From the NCBI GenBank assembly GCA_963710755.1, contig CAVQBK010000003.1, forward strand, positions 1,312,001 to 1,376,000: DNA of 64,000 nucleotides, given 5' to 3'. Positions 49,949-58,582 of the stretch are shown here, piece by piece (position 1 is the first letter of the stretch; the number at the start of each line of letters is the position of its first letter). The notes under the pieces were generated by a model that searched no databases, was not told the DNA's origin, and saw only the letters and a list, made by a program, of their open reading frames with translations. Made by a program: the position numbers and the translations under genes. Source of the stretch: an uncultured bacterium. Lineage in GTDB: Bacteria; Oederibacteriota; JAAXVQ01; JAUVAV01.

Positions 49949-49989
49949 GAGACTCGAACTCAAGGGGCATGGGGGAGAGGCTCCCCCAT
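49949..49989. repeat. tRNA-linked element 2: anti-T-arm and the same 21-bp hairpin
   Basis: GAGACTCGAACTC (13/13 antisense to the tRNA-Asp T-arm); ATGGGGGAGAGGCTCCCCCAT at 49969-49989. Confidence 0.8.
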
Positions 49990-50005
49990 CAGGAAATCAT
50001 TTTCT

Positions 50006-50066
50006 GTAGGGGCCTATGGCCAGTCTTCGCTAAAGCTACGCCATGGCAAGCAGTATGCCCCTGCCA
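50006..50066. repeat. GTAG-type REP-like remnant
   Basis: GTAGGGGGC...GCCCCTGC arms around CTTCGCTAAAGCTACG. Confidence 0.35.
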
Positions 50067-50395
50067 ATGAAATTTATTTACGCAACATCCGTAGATAATC
50101 CGAATGCAGCCTCTAATATCCGCAATCTTGATCAGCCTTATATATTGATTATTGTAATTTGTTTTATTTACCGTACAATAGGTTTATGACCTTTGAAACC
50201 TTTAGACAAGTTGTCGAAGACGCCGTTAACACCATACCGGAAGAATTCACGAAAATATTGGATGCTGAAGGTGTTCCGATTATTGCACGCGAAAATGTTC
50301 CGGAGCGGGTACATGAGCTTTTTCCCAATAGTACGGTCTTTGGTATTTTTATTGGTGTGCCGATAAATCAACGCAATACCTTTGCCGTGCAACTG

Positions 50396-51750
50396 GGCAG
50401 TGTAAAATAAAGTTCGCAATTTAAGTTTTGTATAAAAAAGAAGCCATCGTAGACTAAGTGTTCGGAAAAACACCCCCACAAGGAGGAAGTCATACGATGG
50501 CCAAGAGAAATGATAGCGAGATTTTCAAGAGAATACTAGTAGATTTTGTAGGAGAAGAAGACCCGCTGATGAGCATGCTGCAATGGACTACGGATCAATT
50601 GATGCGGATAGAGGCGGAAGCCAAGGTAGGCGCAGCCAAGGGCAGCCATAGCAGTGAAAGGACGACCCATTTTTCTGGAAAACGTGTACGCCGCTTTGAT
50701 ACCCGCCTGGGAACGATGTACCTGCTGGTCCCCAAGTTAAGAAAAGGGGGCTATGTGCCCTTTTTTGTCAGTGAACGCAAGCGCTCTGAGCAGGCCTTGG
50801 TCGCCTTGGTCCAGGAAGCCTATATCAACGGCGTCTCGACCAGGAAAATCGACCGCCTAGCCAAAAGTTTGGGGATAGAGCGCATTTCTGCCGGTCAGGT
50901 ATCGGCACTGAACAAGGGCCTTAACGAACAAGTAGAAGAATACCGTAATCGGCCATTGGCGGCGATCTATCCATTTATCTGGGTGGACGCGCTGTATGAA
51001 AAAGTACGGCTCGATGGAGAAATCCTGCCTGTAGCGGTGATGGTGGCCTTTGGCATCAATGAGTCGGGAAAACGAGAAATATTAGGGATAGAACCGATGA
51101 TGGATGAATCGGCAGAGAATTGGAAAGCCTTTTTGTGCAAACTTAAGTCCAGGGGTCTCAAAAAGGCGGCCATGTTCATCAGTGATGCCAATAGAGGGCT
51201 CCAGAAAGCGCTGAGTGAAGAAATGACAGGCTGCAAATGGCAGAGATGTAAAGTCCACTTTATGAGAAACATCATGGCAACGGTACCAGGCAAAGGCAAG
51301 TATCGGTTTGCCGAGCGGCTGAAACAAATCTGGCTGCAACCAGACAAGGAAAGTGCCATGGAAATGGCCGGGCAATTGATAGCAGCCTATGAAAAACGGT
51401 ATCCAGAGGCCATCAGCTGCCTAGAGGAAGGTCTGGAGGACTCCTTGCAATTTTATACTCATGCTGAAATTGACAAGCGTAAGATAGCCTCCACCAATGT
51501 ATTGGAACGCTTAAATAAGGAAATCCGGCGCCGCAGCCGGGTGGTGGGCATTTTCCCAAACCTGGATGCTTACATTCGGTTGCTGACCAGCTATCTGATT
51601 GAATACAGCGAAGATTGGGAGACGGATAGGAGCTATATCAAGGCTGATAGACTGGCAAGCATTTGCCAGGTTAAAGCGCAACAGAAACTAAAAAAGGCGG
51701 CTTGACACAAAGGCTGCGATGGCAAATTGCGAACTTATATTGACATGACC
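50396..51750 (+). mobile_element. IS256-family insertion sequence
   Basis: 27-bp imperfect terminal IRs sharing AAGTTCGCAATTT; 8-bp target duplication TGCAACTG (50388-50395, 51751-51758). Confidence 0.95.
50497..51705 (+). CDS. IS256/Mutator-type DDE transposase
   Basis: GVSTRK, WVDALY, ISDA, QRCKVHFMRN, STNVLERLNKEIRRR. Confidence 0.96.
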   Translation: MAKRNDSEIFKRILVDFVGEEDPLMSMLQWTTDQLMRIEAEAKVGAAKGSHSSERTTHFSGKRVRRFDTRLGTMYLLVPKLRKGGYVPFFVSERKRSEQALVALVQEAYINGVSTRKIDRLAKSLGIERISAGQVSALNKGLNEQVEEYRNRPLAAIYPFIWVDALYEKVRLDGEILPVAVMVAFGINESGKREILGIEPMMDESAENWKAFLCKLKSRGLKKAAMFISDANRGLQKALSEEMTGCKWQRCKVHFMRNIMATVPGKGKYRFAERLKQIWLQPDKESAMEMAGQLIAAYEKRYPEAISCLEEGLEDSLQFYTHAEIDKRKIASTNVLERLNKEIRRRSRVVGIFPNLDAYIRLLTSYLIEYSEDWETDRSYIKADRLASICQVKAQQKLKKAA

Positions 51751-51998
51751 TGCAACTGGAACCCACCAGAATAGAAATTTATCAAGAGAGCTTTGAGCAG
51801 ATCTATGGTTCCGCCCCTTCGCCACAAATAAAAGATCAAATTGTACGCACCGTTGTTCACGAAGTTGCTCATTATATGGGCTTCAATGAAAAAGAAGTCC
51901 GGCAACGAGGCTATTAGAGTTTGTAGCCGGGTTATCTACGGCTTTTGCGTAGATCGTTTTTGTTGCGGAAACAGTTTTTATGATCTTAGCAAAACAGT

Positions 51999-52028
51999 CC
52001 TCTCCTCTTGGGAGAGGGAAGGTGAGGG
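51999..52028. repeat. REP-like hairpin
   Basis: CCTCTCC-TCTTG-GGAGAGG followed by GGTGAGGG. Confidence 0.5.
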
Positions 52029-52450
52029 ATTTTCTTTAAAATAAATGCTTTTACCCTCTCATGCCTGATGCTTTTTACAAAAGCAAGTCCACCAATGCAA
52101 TTAACCTGCAAAGCTGTTTCATCCTGAAGCGATTTATATCTTTATAGTTGGTACGATGTCGTTTAAGATGATGTTTTTACTCGTAGAAGGCCATGTGAAG
52201 AATAGTTATGTCTTCATGGGAAAGTTCAACTAAACTGGAAAAGAAAGCCCGGCAAGAGGAGAGGACCTTACCCTGGGTAGTGGCTAAAATATTGGAAGCC
52301 TATTTTGAAAAATAATAAGATATGCCAATGACTCTACAGGTCATACTCCAAAAAGACGAAATAAAATACCTCAATCAATGCGTGTAATGCGGTACGTCCT
52401 TCGATAATGAGAGTTTGACTATTGCTGTTTTGATTGTTGAATTTTTAACT

Positions 52451-52621
52451 ATGCCGAAGCAAGAAAGAATAAACATAGAAGGCGGGATCTATCACGTAAT
52501 CCAGCGTGGGATCGAACGACGGAAGCTTTTCCTGGATAACAAGGACCGGGAAGAATTTCTGGGCTGGTTGGATATTGGGCTGAAGGCGACCGGACATTAA
52601 TGCTATGGTTGGGTTCTGTGA
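52451..52621 (+). pseudogene. Truncated Y1/RAYT-like transposase fragment
   Basis: MPKQERINIEGGIYHVIQRGIERRKLF...GH*CYGWVL aligns with the N-terminus of 53805..54830. Confidence 0.85.
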
Positions 52622-52737
52622 GAGCCTGGAGTTGAGATTGCTCTGGGCTAATCGCCCCCAACAACTTTATTATAATTAAGCAACCTAAACAGCCAGTCGT
52701 TAATTAATAATGACAAAACCAAAAAAGGAGTAGGGCG

Positions 52738-53583
52738 ATGGAAAATATATTTAGTAATAACAAAACACTTTTATGGATATTAGGCATTACGATTTATATT
52801 ATTGTTGTGGTAATAGCCATTTTGGTATTAAAAAAATGGCCAGTACTTAGACAGTATATCGTTGGCAGCAAAGACAAACCGGTTATTTCACATACATTAA
52901 CCTCTGGGGTGTTTAGTCGATTTTTTGGATTTTTTACGAAACCTATTAGTTGGGGGATATTTATAGTCCTATTAGTCATCTATATTGGTGGTGACTATTT
53001 TTTCACATCTATTTTTAACAAAAATGATCAAAGTTTAAGTTTTGCAGTTTCTGTACCAAGTGAATTATTGGGTGCACTTGTCAGTACTATTGGCATAGCT
53101 TTTGTCATATTGATTTTGGGACGTCATATTAAAGTTTACGATAATCAATTACCACTAGGGGAACAACTTTTTAAAAATATTGATAAGCTTGTTCTATTAG
53201 TTGTTATTAAGGGGTGTCTCGGGGTCTTAATGGGCGCATTATTAATAATTCCTGGTATCGTTTTTTATTATGCTGTAGCGCCACTTTATGCATTTTGGTG
53301 GGTAAATAATTATCAATGCAAACAAACACTGGAGACATCATTAAGGCATACTTACGGCAATAGATTTTCCATATTCCTATATAATCTCGGTCTAGGGCTT
53401 ATATTAGGTGCTCCGATTGCTTTCCTTGGTGGAGTGTTATCAAAGGCGTTAGCTGAATCAGGTCTTTTATTTATTATAGTTGGAGCAGCTGGTCAGGCTT
53501 TAACACTTTTGCTTAGTGCGTTTTTTGCTTTAACTATATATGACAAACTTATCCCTCTTCATTCTAAGGAAGATGATGAATAA
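52738..53583 (+). CDS. AT-rich multi-pass membrane protein, unknown function
   Basis: 281-aa hydrophobic ORF, AGGAG RBS, visibly lower GC than the core genes. Confidence 0.75.
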   Translation: MENIFSNNKTLLWILGITIYIIVVVIAILVLKKWPVLRQYIVGSKDKPVISHTLTSGVFSRFFGFFTKPISWGIFIVLLVIYIGGDYFFTSIFNKNDQSLSFAVSVPSELLGALVSTIGIAFVILILGRHIKVYDNQLPLGEQLFKNIDKLVLLVVIKGCLGVLMGALLIIPGIVFYYAVAPLYAFWWVNNYQCKQTLETSLRHTYGNRFSIFLYNLGLGLILGAPIAFLGGVLSKALAESGLLFIIVGAAGQALTLLLSAFFALTIYDKLIPLHSKEDDE

Positions 53584-53683
53584 AATAGCAAGACCAAACC
53601 GAAATACGTGCTTATCATAGGGGATGGACTTACTTAATAACCTATTGACATCATGAATACCGTCCTAGGGGACGTCATATGTG

Positions 53684-54842
53684 GATTAGGACAGATTAGG
53701 GACGATTAGGGCGATTAGGGGACATGTCTAACTTGAAACTATAGGCATGTCCTTTTTTTGTAAAAAAGTGAAATGAAAAAAGAAAAAGTCTGTCAAAAAG
53801 TATTATGCCAAGACAGCCAAGATTGGATATCGAAGGTGGATTCTATCATATAATTAATCGAGGGATAGAACGTCGAAAGATATTCAAAAAGCCAAAAGAT
53901 TATAAAATGTTCATTCAAACACTGGGAGCTTTACTATTAGAAGAAGGACATAAGTGTTATGGGTGGGTATTAATGTCAAATCATTATCATTTATTAATAG
54001 AGCGGGGAGAACAACCATTATCCCGTTTTATGACTCGCCTTCAGACTACATATGCTGGATACTTCAATAGAACATATCATCGGAATGGACGATTTTTTCA
54101 GAATCGTTATAAAGCAATATTATGTGACAAAGAAAGTTATTTTTTAGAACTGATCGCGTATATTCATTTGAATCCATTAAAAGCTGGGATGGTAAAAGAT
54201 TTGGATGAATTGATAAATTATCGTTGGAGTGGCCATCGTGCGTTATTAGGGCAAGAGAATAGGAAATGGCAAGAAATCAATGAGGCGTTAGGAAGATTTG
54301 GTAAAACGTATAAAGAAGCGCGAAGTAAATATATTCAATATTTGAAAAATAAAACAAAAGAGGAAAAGGATTTGTCAGGTGGAGGTTTAGTTCGAAGCGC
54401 GGGCAGTTTAAAAGTAGTAATTAAAAGAAAAAAAGACGAGAGGGAATTATATGATAGTCGTATATTAGGAGATGGACAATTTGTAGAAACAGCCGCCAAA
54501 GTATTTGAAGAAAAAATAAATATTGAAAAAGAAATAAAAAATATAAATGAAGAAATGATTATAAAACAAGCAAGTTTAATATTTAATATAGCATATGAAG
54601 AATTAAAGAAACCAGGTCGTTCATTATCGCATCGTGTTGTAAAAGCAAGAGCATTGATAATTTATATTAGTACAAAATATTTTAAAATTAAGCAAAATAT
54701 ATGGGTTCAATATTATAAAATAAGTTCAGCAGCTGTAAGTAAGTTGTTTTTATTGGGAGCACAATTAGAGAAGGAAAATAGGGATACAGTGAATGAGTTT
54801 GTAAAGTTTGAAGTTAGACATGTCCCCTAATCTGCCCTAATC
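53684..54842 (+). mobile_element. HUH/Y1 transposase element bounded by 28-bp inverted repeats and GATTAGG units
   Basis: 53713-53740 versus 54805-54832, 27/28 complementary; GATTAGG x4 on the left, CCTAATC x2 on the right. Confidence 0.85.
53805..54830 (+). CDS. REP-associated/IS200-like tyrosine (Y1) transposase with C-terminal helical domain
   Basis: MPRQPR, YHIINRG, HUH motif NHYHLL, FQNRYKA, YIHLNP, YRWSGH. Confidence 0.92.
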   Translation: MPRQPRLDIEGGFYHIINRGIERRKIFKKPKDYKMFIQTLGALLLEEGHKCYGWVLMSNHYHLLIERGEQPLSRFMTRLQTTYAGYFNRTYHRNGRFFQNRYKAILCDKESYFLELIAYIHLNPLKAGMVKDLDELINYRWSGHRALLGQENRKWQEINEALGRFGKTYKEARSKYIQYLKNKTKEEKDLSGGGLVRSAGSLKVVIKRKKDERELYDSRILGDGQFVETAAKVFEEKINIEKEIKNINEEMIIKQASLIFNIAYEELKKPGRSLSHRVVKARALIIYISTKYFKIKQNIWVQYYKISSAAVSKLFLLGAQLEKENRDTVNEFVKFEVRHVP

Positions 54843-55397
54843 TTCACCGTCCAATGGTATCGATTACATGTTTCATATGACCGGGGGTTCACAAGGCAGG
54901 TCGATTCAGCTTAATGGCGCTATATCGCTCCCGACAACTACGTACCTCAACACGGGAGCTGAATTTATCTATTTTCCTCCTATGCTTGATGGCTTGGTGG
55001 ACCAATTCGTGACTGGTCTCCATAAGGAACCGAAATTTCATGATGATACAAAGTATCATGATAGTTGTGTCAGGCAATTGAATCAAATTCTTTAAAAATA
55101 AGAGGTGGTGGCATTTTCTTTATCACACAACTTCTGGCTGCGGCACATCCGGATGAGTATGTGGTATTGGAAGAAAATGTATCAAAAGCTCTCAGGCACT
55201 TGGGCATTACAGATATTTTTGTTCAGAACGACACTGGCAATGGCTATATTTATATCAATGAAATTTGTAAGAAACTATACCGGGACAAACTTAAAAATCG
55301 ATTGAAAGATTTTGATTTTGGAATGTCAGCTGCAACGCACAATTTTCTCTGGCACTACTATGTACATTACCGTGAAAATGGTATCTGGTTCCAGTAA
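54843..55397 (+). pseudogene. Fragmented 3' remnant of an unknown gene
   Basis: Two overlapping partial ORFs in different frames starting directly at the transposon end, no RBS. Confidence 0.4.
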
Positions 55398-55449
55398 GTT
55401 TACGTAGAGAATTCCAGGCAAGGTATCTTCCTAGCGGAAAGACACGAAA

Positions 55450-56820
55450 ATGGATATTGAACAAACTAACGCTATATTGGAAAGCATCTCAGACGGAGTG
55501 TTTACGGTTGATCTTAACTGGAAGGTAACTTCGTTCAACCGTGCGGCTGAAGAGATTACCGGCATTCCGAGAGCCGAGGCCATTGGACGCTTTTGTTCCG
55601 AGGTGCTCCGTTCAAACTTGTGCGAGCAGGCTTGCGCTTTGCGCCGGACCTTGGAAACCGGGAACCCGGTTATTAATAAAACGTGTTTTATCATTAATGC
55701 CAAGGGCGAGCGCATCCCTATTAGCATATCTACTGCGGTTTTGCGCGACGCGGAAGGTCATACCATTGGCGGGGCCGAAACATTCCGGGATTTGAGCGAG
55801 GTAGAGGCTTTGCGTCAGGAACTTACCGGGCGCTTTTCTATCGGCGATCTGGTGAGCCGCAGCGCCTCCATGCGAAAAGTGTTTGAACTGGTTCCGGCAA
55901 TTGCGCCCACATCCTCCACGGTATTGATCCAGGGCGAGACTGGCACTGGCAAGGAGTTGCTGGCGCGAGCCATCCATGGATCGAGTCCGAGAGCGGAAAA
56001 ACCGTTTGTAGCCATCAATTGTGCTGCCCTGCCTGATACTCTTTTAGAATCAGAGTTGTTTGGATATAAAAAGGGTGCGTTTACCGGCGCGACACAGGAC
56101 AAACCAGGACGATTTGCGCAGGCTGCTGACGGTGCGTTGTTTTTAGATGAGATCGGTGACATCAGCCCGGCCATGCAGGTTCGTCTTTTGCGAGTATTGC
56201 AGGAACATCGATTTGAGCCTTTGGGCAGCAACCGCAGCGAACGCACGGAAGCCAGAATTATTGCAGCCACCAACCGTGATCTGGCAGAGTTGGTCAAGCA
56301 AGGAACATTTCGGGAAGACCTTTTCTATCGCATTAATGTCATTCGCATCGATCTGCCGCCTCTCCGGCAGCGCAAGGAAGATATTCCCCTTTTGATTGAT
56401 CATTTTGTGGAACGTTTCGACCGGCTCCAGAACAAGCATATCTCCGGAGTTGCTACGGACGCGCTTTCTTTATTAATGGCGCATGATTGGCCCGGCAATG
56501 TCCGGGAGTTGGAAAATATTATTGAACGGTCGTTTATCCTCTGCACGGGGAAGTGGATCACGCTGGAGCATTTGCCGGAAGAGATGACCAAGGGGAAAAA
56601 AAGCCGGGAGAATTCCGGCCACATTGGGGTAAGCAGGCGCATGGCGGAGGCGCAAACGATATTAAACGCCATGAAGCGTCATAATTATAAACGGATGGCC
56701 GTTGCTCGCGAATTGGGTATTCATAAAACCACCTTGTACCGGAAACTTAAAGCGTTGGGAATAGATTTGCCGAAAAAAGACGGGCGTTCGGCTCCGGAAT
56801 CCGGGAAAAAGGCGCGATAA
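55450..56820 (+). CDS. PAS-domain sigma54-dependent activator (Fis-type HTH)
   Basis: PAS, GETGTGKE, ESELFG, GAFTGA, LFLDEIG, WPGNVREL, LGIHKTTLYRKL. Confidence 0.96.
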   Translation: MDIEQTNAILESISDGVFTVDLNWKVTSFNRAAEEITGIPRAEAIGRFCSEVLRSNLCEQACALRRTLETGNPVINKTCFIINAKGERIPISISTAVLRDAEGHTIGGAETFRDLSEVEALRQELTGRFSIGDLVSRSASMRKVFELVPAIAPTSSTVLIQGETGTGKELLARAIHGSSPRAEKPFVAINCAALPDTLLESELFGYKKGAFTGATQDKPGRFAQAADGALFLDEIGDISPAMQVRLLRVLQEHRFEPLGSNRSERTEARIIAATNRDLAELVKQGTFREDLFYRINVIRIDLPPLRQRKEDIPLLIDHFVERFDRLQNKHISGVATDALSLLMAHDWPGNVRELENIIERSFILCTGKWITLEHLPEEMTKGKKSRENSGHIGVSRRMAEAQTILNAMKRHNYKRMAVARELGIHKTTLYRKLKALGIDLPKKDGRSAPESGKKAR

Positions 56821-56945
56821 CGCTACGGTTGTATGACCACATAGTTGCTGAAATGCACCAGTAAAATTTTTGTTATTCCTCCTAGAATTCAATTTTATCC
56901 TTTATTTTCAAATACAATTCATAAAAACATGAATGGCAATATAAA

Positions 56946-56961
56946 TGGCACAGCTTTTGCA
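56946..56961 (+). promoter_or_regulatory. Sigma54 -24/-12 promoter
   Basis: TGGCAC-AGCTT-TTGCA with GG-N10-GC spacing, directly downstream of the activator gene. Confidence 0.85.
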
Positions 56962-56981
56962 TTTATTAACCTGTGATGACT

Positions 56982-57380
56982 ATGAAAATTGCCCTCATAA
57001 TATTTAATGATCGTATTGCTCCGGTTTTTGATGTAGCTTGCCAGGCATTGCTGGTAGACGTCAAATCCGGCGGAGTTTGTGAAGAATCGCTGGTTACAAT
57101 GCCGGACGATTCGGCTGAGGCCAAGGTGTTGAAATTGGCTGAACTGGGAGTTGCGACACTTATCTGCGGGGCTATTTCCAAGCCTGTTTTGTTACTGGCT
57201 CAAGCCCATAACATTCGAGTTACTGGTTTTGTCTCAGGTGAAATACGCCAGGTCTTGCAGGCTTTTAGAAATGGAAGTCTGCATAGAGGCGAGTTTAGCA
57301 TGCCAGGGTGCAGAAGGATGGGCCGATGCGGGGGTGGCCACGGCCGTCAAAGGCGTGGTTGTTCGGATCAGATCGGTTGA
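56982..57380 (+). CDS. NifB/NifX-family (FeMo-cofactor-binding-like) protein
   Basis: MKIAL, RIAPVFD, LICGAIS, MPGC with a Gly/Arg tail. Confidence 0.85.
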   Translation: MKIALIIFNDRIAPVFDVACQALLVDVKSGGVCEESLVTMPDDSAEAKVLKLAELGVATLICGAISKPVLLLAQAHNIRVTGFVSGEIRQVLQAFRNGSLHRGEFSMPGCRRMGRCGGGHGRQRRGCSDQIG

Positions 57381-57411
57381 ATGAAGCGGTAAATAAAAGG
57401 AGGCTATTACC

Positions 57412-57636
57412 ATGCCAAGAGGAGACGGAACGGGACCAAGAGGAATGGGAGCAGGCGGTGGAAAAGGACAAGCTCAAGGTGGCCAAAGACTCGGTCGTAT
57501 AGGCGGTTCTTTGGCGGCCGGGCCTATCGGATACTGCGTCTGCCCACAGTGTGGGAAAACAGAACCACACAAACGCGGCGTTCCCTGTGCCGAGCATAAA
57601 TGCCCGAAGTGTGGGACCGTTATGACAAGGCAATAA
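57412..57636 (+). CDS. Small MPRGDGTGP-type protein with Cys knuckles
   Basis: MPRGDGTGP; CVCPQCG..H..G.PC...CPKCG. Confidence 0.8.
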   Translation: MPRGDGTGPRGMGAGGGKGQAQGGQRLGRIGGSLAAGPIGYCVCPQCGKTEPHKRGVPCAEHKCPKCGTVMTRQ

Positions 57637-57662
57637 AAATTAATTCTAAGGAGGATATTACC

Positions 57663-58019
57663 ATGCCACGAGGAGACAGGACAGGTCCAAGGGAATTGGG
57701 AGCGATGACAGGACGGGGGGCTGGGTATTGCGCAGGTTTTCAGACATCCGGATATGCCAATCAAATTTCTGGACGCGGATTTGGAATGGGATTCGGACGC
57801 GGTGGAGGTTTTATGGGTGGTGGCCATGGTTGGAGGAATTGGTTTCATGCTACGGGGATACCTGGCTGGATGAAGTTTGGTGGAAATTCAGAGCCATCTC
57901 AGAAATATGATCCAGAAACAGAGCGGCAAGCACTGAAGAACCAAGCTGAAATACTGCAAGCAGAAATGGGTAGTATCAAAAAACGGCTGGATGAGCTGGA
58001 TGCTAGCAAAGGGGCATGA
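57663..58019 (+). CDS. DUF5320-like Gly/Arg-rich protein
   Basis: MPRGDRTGP, MTGRGAGYCAG, C-terminal coiled coil; AGGAGG RBS. Confidence 0.85.
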   Translation: MPRGDRTGPRELGAMTGRGAGYCAGFQTSGYANQISGRGFGMGFGRGGGFMGGGHGWRNWFHATGIPGWMKFGGNSEPSQKYDPETERQALKNQAEILQAEMGSIKKRLDELDASKGA

Positions 58020-58022
58020 TGA

Positions 58023-58463
58023 ATGAAGCTCGGCATCATTATTTGCGCTCGTTATCAATCATGTGGTGGTGGCAAGTGCTTTCGGGCGCTGCGTGAACGT
58101 TGCGGTGGATTTGCTCGATACGCTGCGGACGAGCCGGTTGAGATCGTTGGCTATTCAAGCTGTGGAAGCTGTCCTGGCGGCAATGTGGAATACGTTCCGG
58201 CTGAGTTTGTGAAAAACGGGTGTGATGTTATCCACCTGGCAACGGGTTTGGTGGTGGGCTATCCTCCGTGCCCCTATATCCGCCAATTCAAAACATTTAT
58301 CGAAAAGCAGTATAGATTGCCGGTGATTGTGGGTACTCATCCCATCCCTTTGAAATACTGGGAAACCCATAACAAACTTACCCACTGGGATGAAACAGGG
58401 ATGCGAGAACTTGCGGCCGATCTTTTGGCCACACGCCGTGATGTGATGGAGTCGTACAACTGA
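58023..58463 (+). CDS. CGGC domain protein
   Basis: CGGGKCF, CGSCPG, IHLATG, YPPCP, VGTH. Confidence 0.85.
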   Translation: MKLGIIICARYQSCGGGKCFRALRERCGGFARYAADEPVEIVGYSSCGSCPGGNVEYVPAEFVKNGCDVIHLATGLVVGYPPCPYIRQFKTFIEKQYRLPVIVGTHPIPLKYWETHNKLTHWDETGMRELAADLLATRRDVMESYN

Positions 58464-58582
58464 GAGGATAGCCGAAGAAATAGAACTCGAATTGAGTATT
58501 GCCAATGTATTAAATTGGCCAGTAATAAAAAGCCAATAGAAGTTACCTGGGTGGGGAAGAATAATTTTCGGAGGCATTCATT

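Larger units (their letters stand above)
50186..51917 (+). pseudogene. Minimal zincin metallopeptidase (Zincin_1/DUF1025-like) split by IS256
   Basis: 50186-50395 plus 51759-51917 join in frame to 122 aa: MTFETFRQVVEDAV...AVQL/EPTRIEIYQ...RTVVHEVAHYMGF. Confidence 0.9.

Noticed and set aside
49826-50098. 90-aa ORF
   Set aside because: Overlaps tRNA-Asp, its terminator and repeats.
51841-52044. 67-aa ORF
   Set aside because: Out-of-frame overlap with the 3' half of the IS-split metallopeptidase and a REP hairpin.
53684-53721. True telomeric repeat or eukaryotic contamination (TTAGGG-like)
   Set aside because: Units are 9-10 nt, imperfect, and continuous with the transposase inverted repeat on both sides.
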